Source: Saprospiraceae bacterium UBA2365 (GTDB lineage: Bacteria > Bacteroidota > Bacteroidia > Chitinophagales > Saprospiraceae). Taken from it: a stretch of 64,000 nt of DNA. Made by a program: the position numbers and the translations under genes. The notes under the pieces were generated by a model, which saw nothing but the letters and a program-made list of their open reading frames with translations, had not been told where the DNA came from and did not search any database. The stretch lies in assembly GCA_002344345.1 (NCBI GenBank), contig DDTL01000179.1, forward strand, positions 8,849 through 72,848. The letters run 5' to 3'. Shown here in pieces: positions 9,312 through 18,936 of this stretch (the stretch's first letter is position 1; each line of letters starts with the position of its first letter).

Positions 9312-10481
9312 ATGGATGCAGAAAAGTACAGCAAAAGAGGTGTTTCCGCTTCAAAATCTGAGATACACGAAGCGATCGAAAAAATGGATAAAGGATTGTT
9401 TCCCAAAGCCTTTTGCAAAATATTGCCTGATATTACCGGCGGTGATGATGCGTTTGTGAACATTATGCATGCCGATACTGCAGGCACCAAAACAAGTCTT
9501 GCTTATATCTATTGGAAAGAGACCGGTGACCTGAGTGTCTGGGAAGGGATCGTACAGGATGCATTGGTGATGAATCTGGATGATATGGCATGTGTTGGGT
9601 GCACAGATCAGATCATCATCTCTTCAACGATCGGAAGGAATAAACACCTCATACCTAAAGAAGTACTTGAAGTCATTTTAAATGCTTCCGCCAGTTTCAT
9701 TCAAAAAATGAAAGCTCTCGGAATCAATATATACCATTCGGGAGGTGAAACTGCAGATGTGGGAGATATCGTCAGAACCATTGACGTTGGTTTCACAGCT
9801 TTTGCCAGAATGCGAAGGGAAGATCTTGTCGTCAATAACATCAAACCAGGGGATGCAATCATTGGATTTGCCTCATTTGGCCAGGCTGGTTATGAAGATC
9901 AATACAATGGAGGAATGGGCAGTAATGGTTTGACATCAGCCCGTCATGATGTCTTTTCAAAAATTTATCAGAATAAGTATCCTGAAAGTTTTGATCCGAA
10001 AACAGATAAAACTTTTATCTATTCAGGCACCAAAAAACTGACCGACAAAATAGACACTGGTTCAGTTGAAATAGAAGCAGGGAAGTTAGTTTTATCTCCC
10101 ACACGTACATATTTACCGCTTTTGAATAAGATACTCCGATTTCATAGGAAAAATATACATGGCATCATACATAATACTGGTGGAGCGCAAACCAAGGTCC
10201 TTAAGTTTGTGGAAAATTGTACCATTATAAAGGATAATCTTTTTCCTGTTCCCCCTTTATTCCGATTGATCCAAAACGAGTCTGGCACCGATTGGAATGA
10301 AATGTATAAGGTCTTCAATATGGGACACAGACTGGAAATTTATATAGAACCACAATTCGGGAAAGAATTATTACAGATAGCCTCAGAAATGAATATTGAA
10401 AGCAGGATCATTGGCAGGGTAGAGAAGGGCGTCGGCAATCGTCTGATCATTGATTCAGAGTTTGGCAAATTTGAATATTGA
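9312..10481 (+). CDS. purM: phosphoribosylformylglycinamidine cyclo-ligase (AIR synthase family, Bacteroidota-type PurM)
   Basis: 389 aa. The N-terminus YSKRGVSASKSEIHEAI...FCKILPD...MHADTAGTK resembles the Bacteroidota-type PurM/AIR synthase-related family. Confidence 0.75.
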   Translation: MDAEKYSKRGVSASKSEIHEAIEKMDKGLFPKAFCKILPDITGGDDAFVNIMHADTAGTKTSLAYIYWKETGDLSVWEGIVQDALVMNLDDMACVGCTDQIIISSTIGRNKHLIPKEVLEVILNASASFIQKMKALGINIYHSGGETADVGDIVRTIDVGFTAFARMRREDLVVNNIKPGDAIIGFASFGQAGYEDQYNGGMGSNGLTSARHDVFSKIYQNKYPESFDPKTDKTFIYSGTKKLTDKIDTGSVEIEAGKLVLSPTRTYLPLLNKILRFHRKNIHGIIHNTGGAQTKVLKFVENCTIIKDNLFPVPPLFRLIQNESGTDWNEMYKVFNMGHRLEIYIEPQFGKELLQIASEMNIESRIIGRVEKGVGNRLIIDSEFGKFEY

Positions 10482-10575
10482 TTGAAGAAACAGATAAAAC
10501 GTGCATTGATAGCAGCAGAATAAAATATTTTTTGATCCAAAAAATAAATTTAACGATCAAATTTCATTTATTCAT

Positions 10576-11919
10576 TCAATTCTTACCAAACGGATGCCAT
10601 TCGAGTTTAATAAATTCTTTTGTGTTTTCACTAACCTTGAATTCATCACTTAACCGGTAACCTAATACCCAAACGATCGTTTGCTTGTGTACCAAAACGA
10701 CCACTTTCTCTTTTTCAAATCTGTTTATCTTGGAATCGATCAGATAATCACTCAGTTTTTTCGTTTTTCCACCCATTCCAAACGGACGAAAACGGTCACC
10801 ATCCTGTTTGGTTCTGATGATCAACGTTTCTGTAATGTTTTGCCCGTCGATATATTCTATATTAGGATTTGTTTCATCCCCAGCTTTAATTCCTTTCACG
10901 CTGGTCAGGATCAGTTTCCCCATAGGGGTTTGGGTGATACCGGAAGCAATACAATAGCTAAAATGTAGCACCGGATCAATACTTTTGAGCACCAATTGCT
11001 GCTGATCAACCAACAAAACATAATTTTCTGAAATAAAATGCTTCCCCTTTATTTCCAATGAATTAATGATCTGAGAACACTGATCAAAATTAAAACCATA
11101 TGGCTTGAAGAGTTCAAAACACAACTGTTCATTCAGGTTTTTATTGGATGAAAAAATCCCTGTTTTATAATAAATATAGCCTGTTTGATCATTTTTGCAA
11201 ATAAAGGGTTCTGCATATTTTTTAAGAATGTAATGATAGAGCAATCTCGAATCCCTAAGGTTTTCAATCGTATTGTTTGCATTTTGTTCAAAATTTTCAT
11301 TCAGCAGCTTAAATGACGGAATGATAGCATGTCTGATATAATTTCTGGCATACTTTGAATCATTGTTGGAAACATCCACCTGATACGGAATATTATTTGT
11401 CATGGCAAAACGTTCCAGTTCATTCCTGTTAAAACACAGCAAAGGCCGGATGACACACTTTTCTTTATTCGCAATCCCAGTGAGTCCATCCAATCCTGTC
11501 CCTCTGCTGAAATGGAACAGGAATGTCTCTATCTGATCATTGTGATGATGAGCAGTCAATATAAAGTCATAGGCATGCTGTTCTTTGATGGAGATAAAAA
11601 ACCTGTACCTGTTCTCCCTGGCAATGCTTTGAAAATTTCCAGCCTTGTTTTTATTAATAACAGATTGAATATCTACTCTTTCTGAATAAAAAGGTATCCC
11701 GTATTTTTCAGCGTATTTACTGACAAATGATTCATCCAGATCTGATGCTCCATTTCTTGTAACGTGGTTAAAATGAGCGACGGCAAAATTGAATCTGTTG
11801 ATCCTGAGCATTTCACACAAACACATTGAGTCCAAACCACCACTGGCTGCAACCAATAACTTATTTTTTCTTGTAAAAAGTTTTTCAGATTTAATATATG
11901 ATAAAAACTTTTTATGCAT
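10576..11919 (-). CDS. tilS: tRNA(Ile)-lysidine synthetase
   Basis: PP-loop motif VAASGGLDSM near the N-terminus. Length and C-terminal domain are typical of TilS. The internal ATG at 11917..11919 (MHKKFLSYI) is preferred over the ORF-track start at 11976. Confidence 0.85.
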   Translation of the reverse strand: MHKKFLSYIKSEKLFTRKNKLLVAASGGLDSMCLCEMLRINRFNFAVAHFNHVTRNGASDLDESFVSKYAEKYGIPFYSERVDIQSVINKNKAGNFQSIARENRYRFFISIKEQHAYDFILTAHHHNDQIETFLFHFSRGTGLDGLTGIANKEKCVIRPLLCFNRNELERFAMTNNIPYQVDVSNNDSKYARNYIRHAIIPSFKLLNENFEQNANNTIENLRDSRLLYHYILKKYAEPFICKNDQTGYIYYKTGIFSSNKNLNEQLCFELFKPYGFNFDQCSQIINSLEIKGKHFISENYVLLVDQQQLVLKSIDPVLHFSYCIASGITQTPMGKLILTSVKGIKAGDETNPNIEYIDGQNITETLIIRTKQDGDRFRPFGMGGKTKKLSDYLIDSKINRFEKEKVVVLVHKQTIVWVLGYRLSDEFKVSENTKEFIKLEWHPFGKN

Positions 11920-11976
11920 AATGAAAATTAATACTTTTGCCCTGCTAAACGCAGTAAATTTAAAAAAATAATACAA

Positions 11977-12528
11977 ATGAACCGAATTATTCTTCTATTA
12001 ATTGCAGGATTGCTGACATGGGGACAAGCATGCAAAAACAATACCAGTTCAAGTGACCAACCCGAAATAGAAACAGGAAGTGACTTAGACACTTCGGGAT
12101 TTGCGAAAGTCGAGGATCAACGATCTGTGAGCGCTGAAAGAACACAGGCTACCACTATGTTGAATGATCTGTATAAGGAAAATGTACCACCTCTGGAATA
12201 CTTTGTCACGCATTATTTTGTAGTAGATGCTGCTCATCAGGTAAAAGATACCAGTTCTACATTCATGGCAGGAGAGTGGTTTGTACTCAGTGAGGACTGG
12301 ACCTACAGGTGGTATAAAAAAAATATGCTGATCCATCAGGGTAAGTACCACGTTTCCACTGAAAAAAGCTTATTGATTTTTCTGAGCGATAAGGAAGATG
12401 ATTTTCCTTCTGAATGGACTTTGGCGGGTCATGACGATGTAATTATCCTGATCGGTACATCTACCTTCAGAAATAATGATACCCAGATCAAGCTGGAAGC
12501 AAAAACCACGCCTCCGTACAAGCTATAA
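11977..12528 (+). CDS. hypothetical lipoprotein
   Basis: Signal peptide with a lipobox-like LLTWGQAC. No family recognised. Confidence 0.5.
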   Translation: MNRIILLLIAGLLTWGQACKNNTSSSDQPEIETGSDLDTSGFAKVEDQRSVSAERTQATTMLNDLYKENVPPLEYFVTHYFVVDAAHQVKDTSSTFMAGEWFVLSEDWTYRWYKKNMLIHQGKYHVSTEKSLLIFLSDKEDDFPSEWTLAGHDDVIILIGTSTFRNNDTQIKLEAKTTPPYKL

Positions 12529-12548
12529 TCAATTGGTTGGTCAAGGAA

Positions 12549-13166
12549 TCATTTCTTTTTTACCGGAGCCCGGAATTTTTTTTCTCCCGCTTCAATTTTT
12601 ACAGGAAGATCATTTGAATTGGGTGGAATAGGGCAGTTATAACCATAGCTAAAAGCACACCAGGGATTATAAGCCTTGTTAAAATCGACCAGGATGTGAT
12701 TTTTGGATATTTCGTTCTTGTTCAAGTCCAAATATCGTCCACCGCCATAGGTTTCATCGTCATTTGTTTCATCAGAAAACGGAACAAACAGATAATCAGC
12801 ATATTGCTCATTGTTCATTAGGTCAGGACTCGTATAAGCCACCAATTGAAATCGTGTAGTATCAATGTAAAATGTGAGTAAAGCAAATGGCAAATATTTT
12901 TTAAACTTTCCTGACGATGTTTTAAAAAGCAAGGTGTCCCGCTGTTCAATCATTGTGACACCGGCTTTAACACAAAATTTTCTGTCAGGTGGGTAGAAAT
13001 CCAGAAACTGCAGATCTTCTTTTTCAAGCGGGCTTCTGTCAGTATGCAAAAACTCATTTTGATAGGATGTTCTATGAAGCAAAATCTCTTCACTGTACCT
13101 TTTATAGCTGATGGACTGACAGCCTACCAAGGTGATCAACAACAAAGCAGGTAAGTAGTATTTCAT
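12549..13166 (-). CDS. DUF1684 domain-containing protein
   Basis: The C-terminal NPWCAFSYGYNCPIPPNSNDLPVKIEAGEK matches the conserved DUF1684 signature. N-terminal lipoprotein signal (LVGC). Confidence 0.75.
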   Translation of the reverse strand: MKYYLPALLLITLVGCQSISYKRYSEEILLHRTSYQNEFLHTDRSPLEKEDLQFLDFYPPDRKFCVKAGVTMIEQRDTLLFKTSSGKFKKYLPFALLTFYIDTTRFQLVAYTSPDLMNNEQYADYLFVPFSDETNDDETYGGGRYLDLNKNEISKNHILVDFNKAYNPWCAFSYGYNCPIPPNSNDLPVKIEAGEKKFRAPVKKK

Positions 13167-13348
13167 ATGTAAGTCAATGGTTGTTTTTCAATTGAATCTA
13201 CTAAAATAATAATTCATGTGAGGATTGTTAAAAACCCATAATTATTTCAAAACACGCTTTCAGATTTCAAATTTGCATTTTCTAACAGTTTGCTTCAATA
13301 TTTTGCCAAAACGTTTAATCATTGGAAAATGACTCGATAGTTATTCCT

Positions 13349-13581
13349 TAACCTGGACAAGCCAGAATCAATGAGGAAATTGATTGAAGAACCCCCTTAC
13401 TTGCAGGCTCATACGGCCAGGCTCCGATCAACGATTTTTGATTTAAGAAGTCCAATACATTTATGATCATAAATCATTGATCCCTAGCTTGCCCGTATGG
13501 GATGGTTATTCAGTACGGATATTATCCTATATCAAATTTCCTTAAAGTTCTGCCTAAAATTATACGAATTCAATTTTTAAG
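13349..13581. repeat. dispersed intergenic repeat, family B, long form (copy B1)
   Basis: It shares its 5' end (TAACCTGGA...AGGAAATTGATT.AAGAACCCC), its internal segments and its 3' end (AAAGTTCTGCC.AAA...CGAATTCAATTTTTAAG) with the copies at 32451..32601 and 34349..34614. Confidence 0.8.
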
Positions 13582-14238
13582 CGCCTGATTTCTTGCCCCG
13601 AAAATAAGGCTTCCAATCCTAACCATCGTGGCGCCGTGCTGAATAGCAATTTGATAGTCAGACGACATACCCATCGATATTTCATTGAAATAATATGCAA
13701 AAGGAAAATAAGCAGACTTAATATCTATAAAAAATTCACTTAATAATCCGAATTCCTGATGAATGATCGTTTCATCTGCGGTAAAACTAGCCATTCCCAT
13801 CAATCCACAAATACGTACATGATTAAAGTCGCCTTTAGTATATTTATCCAGAAGGAGGTACAAACCGGTTTTATCAAGTCCGTATTTTGTCATTTCTCTG
13901 GCGATCCTGACCTCCAGTAAAATATCAATGATCCTGCCATATTTTTGCGCCTCTTTCTGAATGACTTCCAACAATTCAAAGCTGTCAACAGAATGAATCA
14001 TTTGCACAAAAGCTGCAATATACTTCACCTTGTTTTTTTGAAGATGACCGATCATATGCCATTTGATATCCTTAGGAAGATTTTCATATTTTCTTACCAA
14101 CTCCTGAACTTTGTTTTCCCCAAAATCCAGATGACCCAAATGGTATAAATCGAGAATGATTTCTTCAGGGATCGTTTTTGAAACTGCCACCAATTTTACA
14201 CCGGCCTCTTTCAGTTCATTTAAAAGATCAGAATTCAT
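13570..14238 (-). CDS. yggS: YggS family pyridoxal-phosphate-binding (PLP homeostasis) protein
   Basis: 222 aa with VAVSKT (PLP lysine region) and FGENKVQE motifs. Typical YggS length. Confidence 0.85.
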   Translation of the reverse strand: MNSDLLNELKEAGVKLVAVSKTIPEEIILDLYHLGHLDFGENKVQELVRKYENLPKDIKWHMIGHLQKNKVKYIAAFVQMIHSVDSFELLEVIQKEAQKYGRIIDILLEVRIAREMTKYGLDKTGLYLLLDKYTKGDFNHVRICGLMGMASFTADETIIHQEFGLLSEFFIDIKSAYFPFAYYFNEISMGMSSDYQIAIQHGATMVRIGSLIFGARNQALKN

Positions 14239-14253
14239 AGATATATTATTGTT

Positions 14254-14417
14254 GAGTCTACTCCGAAAAGTCTTTGCCCCCTAAATCTTCTAAGATGTAA
14301 CTTTTAATTTGTTGAATTTCAATCGTTTATATTTAGCATTCTGCTGATCTTTGACGTCAGTAGGTTGGTACAAAAAACGATTGAAAATCAACATATTTGA
14401 CTTTTCGGAGCAGACTC
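14254..14417. repeat. MITE-like palindromic element, family A (copy A1)
   Basis: Terminal inverted repeats gagtctactccgaaaagtc / gacttttcggagcagactc match at 18 of 19 positions. There is an internal inverted pair ttgaatttcaatcgttt / aaacgattgaaaatcaa and a central TGACGTCA. Homologous to 24425..24637 and 36892..37087, which are in the opposite orientation. Confidence 0.85.
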
Positions 14418-14728
14418 ATTGTTTAAAATTACCTTTCAAATACTTAATCAAAATTGACTTTATGCCCAATTCGCACTGTAAAAAGAACATCTGATAGCAG
14501 CAAATCTTCATAAAGTCGTAAACAAATGTATTGGAATTTTAAACTATGTGGTCATTTTGGCTAAAGCATTGGTAAAATTTAGAACGGTTATATTTTTTAA
14601 TTTATTTTATGTATAAATAAATAGCCAATCAATTACAACGATAAAAATTAAATGAAAAAAAAACTTCTCTTTATTGCTGTATCTGAGTCAGTTTTATAAG
14701 CTTTTCGATAAATTTGAAAAAAAAGTTA

Positions 14729-14736
14729 TATTTTTG
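14729..14736 (+). promoter_or_regulatory. candidate -7 promoter element (TAnnTTTG)
   Basis: tatttttg ends 8 nt upstream of the ATG at 14745. Confidence 0.4.
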
Positions 14737-14744
14737 CGCTCCAA

Positions 14745-15464
14745 ATGGAAAAATACATACTGAACGATCCGAAATATTTACATACAAAGTCCAAAATGAA
14801 CTATGGAGTATCAGTGGACTGTGTTGTTTTTGGGTTTGATGAAAACGAATTGAAAGTATTGTTGATCCGTTGCGATTTAACACCATACCAACATTTATTT
14901 TCGCTTGTAGGTGAACTTGTAGAAGCAGGAGAAAATCTTGATGAAGCAGCCAACAGGATATTATTGAAGCAAACCAGTCTGAACAATATCTACCTCAAGC
15001 AGGTTAAAACATTCGGTTCAGTTAACAGGCATCCATTTGGGAGAGTATTTTCAGTTGCTTATTTTTCACTTGTTAAGGTATCTGATTATAAACTTACCAA
15101 CGGATCAAAAGCAAATGAAGCGCACTGGCACGAAATTTCTAAAATAGGCACATTAGCTTTTGATCATAACACCATTTTGCAGACTTGTCTTGAAGCATTA
15201 CGTAAAAAAGTTAGGGAAGAACCCGTTGGTTTTGAGTTACTTCCAGAGGTTTTCACCATTTCCCAACTTCAAAATCTCTATGAGAGGATTCTGGGAATTG
15301 AGCTTGATAAACGAAATTTCCGAAAGAAAATAATGAAAATGAAAATTCTCATCGACCATGATGAGATTCAAAGCAATGTATCACACAGACCTGCCAAATA
15401 TTATTCCTTTGATAAAGTCAGGTATGAAAAACTAAAAAAGGAAGGATTGATTTTTGAATTGTAA
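14745..15464 (+). CDS. NrtR/AraR-like transcriptional regulator (degenerate Nudix domain plus C-terminal winged helix)
   Basis: The Nudix-fold N-terminal half has a Nudix box reading GELVEAGENLDEAANRILLKQTSL, so the catalytic REUxEE is replaced by RILLKQ. The C-terminal DKRNFRKKI segment is typical of the NrtR wHTH domain. Confidence 0.7.
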   Translation: MEKYILNDPKYLHTKSKMNYGVSVDCVVFGFDENELKVLLIRCDLTPYQHLFSLVGELVEAGENLDEAANRILLKQTSLNNIYLKQVKTFGSVNRHPFGRVFSVAYFSLVKVSDYKLTNGSKANEAHWHEISKIGTLAFDHNTILQTCLEALRKKVREEPVGFELLPEVFTISQLQNLYERILGIELDKRNFRKKIMKMKILIDHDEIQSNVSHRPAKYYSFDKVRYEKLKKEGLIFEL

Positions 15465-15523
15465 TACAGTTATAATTCAATACTTTAAAATTTTTCACTT
15501 AAAGTATTGCTTCAACTGCTAAA

Positions 15524-17176
15524 TTGAATGTTTTGAACAAATTTTCCGATTACCAATTATCTGATGCCCTCAGAAAAGCCATTGCAGAACTCGGTTTTGA
15601 AACTCCGACACCGGTACAGGATGCAGCCATCCCGACGCTGACAGGACAATCTTGCGATTTTATAGGTTTAGCTCAAACAGGAACTGGCAAAACTGCAGCA
15701 TTTGGTATTCCATTATTGGAAAACATTGATGTGGATCAAAAAATCACCCAGGGTTTGATCCTGGCGCCCACAAGGGAACTGATTCAACAAACAGAGAATA
15801 ACCTGATCCAGTTGGGCAAATATATGAAAGGGCTCAAAGTTTTTGCTGTTTATGGAGGGACTAGCATAAGTAATCAGATAAAGTATTTCAGAGAAAATAA
15901 TCCACACATCCTGTTGGCTACGCCGGGCAGGTTACTGGACCTGCTGAACCGGCATGTTGTAAACATTTCTACCATTCGTTGTCTGGTGCTGGATGAAGCG
16001 GATGAAATGCTTAATATGGGCTTTAAGGAAGACCTGGACATTATTTTCAAGACACTGACTGTTCCTCATGCTACCTGGTTGTTTTCAGCAACATTTCCTG
16101 ATGAAATCCGCAGAATAACCAAAGAATTCATGCACCAACCGGTAGAATTCAAGGTTGCAGAAGAAGATAAAGTCAACGTTGATATAGAACATCAGTTTCT
16201 GATCGTCAAAAGAGACAATAAAAAAGAATTGCTAAGGAAGATCCTGGATAATAACGACGACAAAAGAGGCATTGTTTTTTGCAGGACAAAAATTGCTACC
16301 CAGGAATTGGCTGATGAATTGTCCGAAAAACTTTATCCGGTTGCTCCCATTCATGGAGACATGTCGCAGTCTCAAAGAGATGCTGTGATGAAAAAATTCA
16401 AAAACTATCAGGTCAATTTTCTGATCGCAACAGATGTTGCAGCCCGGGGAATTGACGTGAAGGAGCTCAATCTGATCATTCATTTTGATATGCCGGATGA
16501 CATTTCATACTATACACACCGAAGTGGAAGAACAGGACGGGCAGGACATAAAGGTTTGTCGTTGATGTTTGTTGCCCAATCGAGGAAGAATATGATCCGG
16601 ATACTCGAGAAAAAATTGAATATCAGGATCACAATGGCATCCATCCCAAGCGATCTTGAAATTGCAAAAATGAGACTATCCAGGTGGGCCATGAACCTTG
16701 CACAAACAAAGGAAATGGACAATTTGCATGAAGATCTGTTCAGTTCAGTCTATTTTCATTTTAAAAACCTCAATAAGGAGGAACTGATTGAAAAACTGGT
16801 GACGGATAAAATCAGGACTTTCAATATGCATGAGGCAGCTCTGAGAAAGTCCTTCAGGGAAGAGATTGTTTCTAATCCTGTTCCTTCTTTTAAAGAATCC
16901 AAAAAGCTTGGAAAATCTGAAAAGAAATTCAATAAGAACGAATGGATGAGCTATTTTATCAATGTGGGTGTGATGGATGGAGTAGGGAAGAGGGATCTAC
17001 TCACTTTTATTGCTGAACAAGGTGGTATTGACCCCAAATTGGTTCAGAATGTGTCTATCTCGAGAACTAACAGTACTTTTGATGTACATGTTTCGTGTTT
17101 AAAAAACATGACCAATAGATTTAAGGGATTGAAAATGGGCAGCAGGAAACTCAGGGTGAACAGGAATCAGAACTGA
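15524..17176 (+). CDS. DEAD-box ATP-dependent RNA helicase with a DbpA/CsdA-like C-terminal extension
   Basis: Motifs AQTGTGKT, PTRELIQQ, DEAD, SAT and HRSGRTGRAG are present. The start is TTG in the ORF track, with no in-frame ATG nearby. Confidence 0.9.
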   Translation: MNVLNKFSDYQLSDALRKAIAELGFETPTPVQDAAIPTLTGQSCDFIGLAQTGTGKTAAFGIPLLENIDVDQKITQGLILAPTRELIQQTENNLIQLGKYMKGLKVFAVYGGTSISNQIKYFRENNPHILLATPGRLLDLLNRHVVNISTIRCLVLDEADEMLNMGFKEDLDIIFKTLTVPHATWLFSATFPDEIRRITKEFMHQPVEFKVAEEDKVNVDIEHQFLIVKRDNKKELLRKILDNNDDKRGIVFCRTKIATQELADELSEKLYPVAPIHGDMSQSQRDAVMKKFKNYQVNFLIATDVAARGIDVKELNLIIHFDMPDDISYYTHRSGRTGRAGHKGLSLMFVAQSRKNMIRILEKKLNIRITMASIPSDLEIAKMRLSRWAMNLAQTKEMDNLHEDLFSSVYFHFKNLNKEELIEKLVTDKIRTFNMHEAALRKSFREEIVSNPVPSFKESKKLGKSEKKFNKNEWMSYFINVGVMDGVGKRDLLTFIAEQGGIDPKLVQNVSISRTNSTFDVHVSCLKNMTNRFKGLKMGSRKLRVNRNQN

Positions 17177-17621
17177 CCTCAAATCATGTTCATATTTTCG
17201 GGTTCTATTTAACATAATGTTTTTGCATCTTTTTTTTTATAAAAAAAGTATACAGCCGAATTAAGAGAGGATTACTTAGTTTTTAGACTTTAGATCAAAT
17301 AATATAGGCAGATCTGGGGAAGGATTAAGATAAATACATTTGTGTGGTGGATTACAAGAATGAACAGCTTTTCAGGATATTCATATTTTCGAAATATTTT
17401 GAAAGTTGTTTTAAAAAATAAATAAAACTTGTTTGTTAAAATGTCTTGGTATAATTATTTAAAAAGCATTGAATACTTTATGATTGTATCAGATAACCCG
17501 GCCATCATGATGGGTGGCGGAGGTTTTGATCATGCCAGATGCAAGTTTATTTCTATTTAACATAATATATATTATGGGCTGAAAAATCTACTTAAAGCTC
17601 TGATATAAAACAAAAGAACAA

Positions 17622-18926
17622 ATGGATACAGTAGCAATAGTTGGAAGACCGAATGTGGGTAAATCTACACTTTTCAATCGTTTGGCCGGACAAAGAATAG
17701 CCATTACAGACGATGAGAGCGGAGTCACACGTGACCGGATTTACAGTACTTCGGACTGGAATGGGAAAAAATTCAATATCATTGATACTGGTGGATTTGT
17801 CAGGGATTCGGATGAAATTTTTGAAACTGCCATCAGAAAACAGGTTCAGATAGCCATAGAGGAATCTCAAATCATCATTTTTTTGGTGGACGTTCTGACA
17901 GGCATCACAGACTATGATGAGAATATTGCCAATATGCTTCGTAAATCAACCAAACCCGTGATCCTGGTAGTAAATAAAGTAGATAATTTTCAAAGAATGC
18001 TGGCGGCCAATGAATTCTGGTCAATGGGATTTGATGAAACCATCTTTATTTCTTCCATCAATGGCAGTGGCACAGGTGAATTACTGGATGCCATCACTTC
18101 AAAGTTAAACGATCATCCGGAAGATGACAAGTATCAATCTATACCAAAACTGGCTATCGTCGGACAACCAAATGTCGGAAAATCCTCTCTTGTAAATGTT
18201 TTGCTGGGTGATGAAAGAAATATTGTCACTGACATAGCAGGCACCACAAGAGACACTATCCATTCTTACTATAATAAATTCGGGATAGAGTTTTTATTGG
18301 TTGATACAGCAGGAATTCGCAAAAAAAATAAAGTTCATGAAGACCTGGAATTCTACTCAGTCATGCGTGCAGTTAAAGCAATAGATGAAGCGGATGTGTG
18401 TATGTTAATGATTGATGCCACATTAGGATTGGAATCTCAGGATATGAGTATACTGGATCTGATCGTAGCTCGCAGAAAAGGTATATTGATTCTGGTCAAT
18501 AAATGGGATCTTGTGGATAAAGAAACGAATACAGCGAAGGAGTATGAAGCAAGGATCAAATCAAAATTGGCACCATTCGATGACATTCCGATAATTTTCA
18601 TTTCAGCCCTGGAAAAACAAAGGATCTTCAAGGTTGTGGAAGAAGCAAAAGCTGTGTATGAAAGACGGAGCCAGAAAATTAAAACATCACGTTTGAATGA
18701 AGTGATGCTTGAAGCTATTGAAAGAGTATCTCCTCCGGCTTACAGGGGAAATTTTATCAAAATCAAATATGTAACTCAAATTGAAAAAGCCTATCCCGTA
18801 ATTGCGTTTTTTTGCAACTATCCGGAAGAGATCAAACCGAGTTATAAAAATTATCTTATGAACCAGATCCGTAAGAATTTCGATTTCAGAGGAGTTCCCA
18901 TTTCGCTTGTATTTAAAAAGAAATAG
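17622..18926 (+). CDS. der: ribosome-associated GTPase Der (EngA)
   Basis: Two tandem GTPase domains (GRPNVGKST...DTGG...NKVD and GQPNVGKSS...DTAG...NKWD) followed by a KH-like C-terminus. Confidence 0.95.
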   Translation: MDTVAIVGRPNVGKSTLFNRLAGQRIAITDDESGVTRDRIYSTSDWNGKKFNIIDTGGFVRDSDEIFETAIRKQVQIAIEESQIIIFLVDVLTGITDYDENIANMLRKSTKPVILVVNKVDNFQRMLAANEFWSMGFDETIFISSINGSGTGELLDAITSKLNDHPEDDKYQSIPKLAIVGQPNVGKSSLVNVLLGDERNIVTDIAGTTRDTIHSYYNKFGIEFLLVDTAGIRKKNKVHEDLEFYSVMRAVKAIDEADVCMLMIDATLGLESQDMSILDLIVARRKGILILVNKWDLVDKETNTAKEYEARIKSKLAPFDDIPIIFISALEKQRIFKVVEEAKAVYERRSQKIKTSRLNEVMLEAIERVSPPAYRGNFIKIKYVTQIEKAYPVIAFFCNYPEEIKPSYKNYLMNQIRKNFDFRGVPISLVFKKK

Positions 18927-18936
18927 TCTGTGGTAA

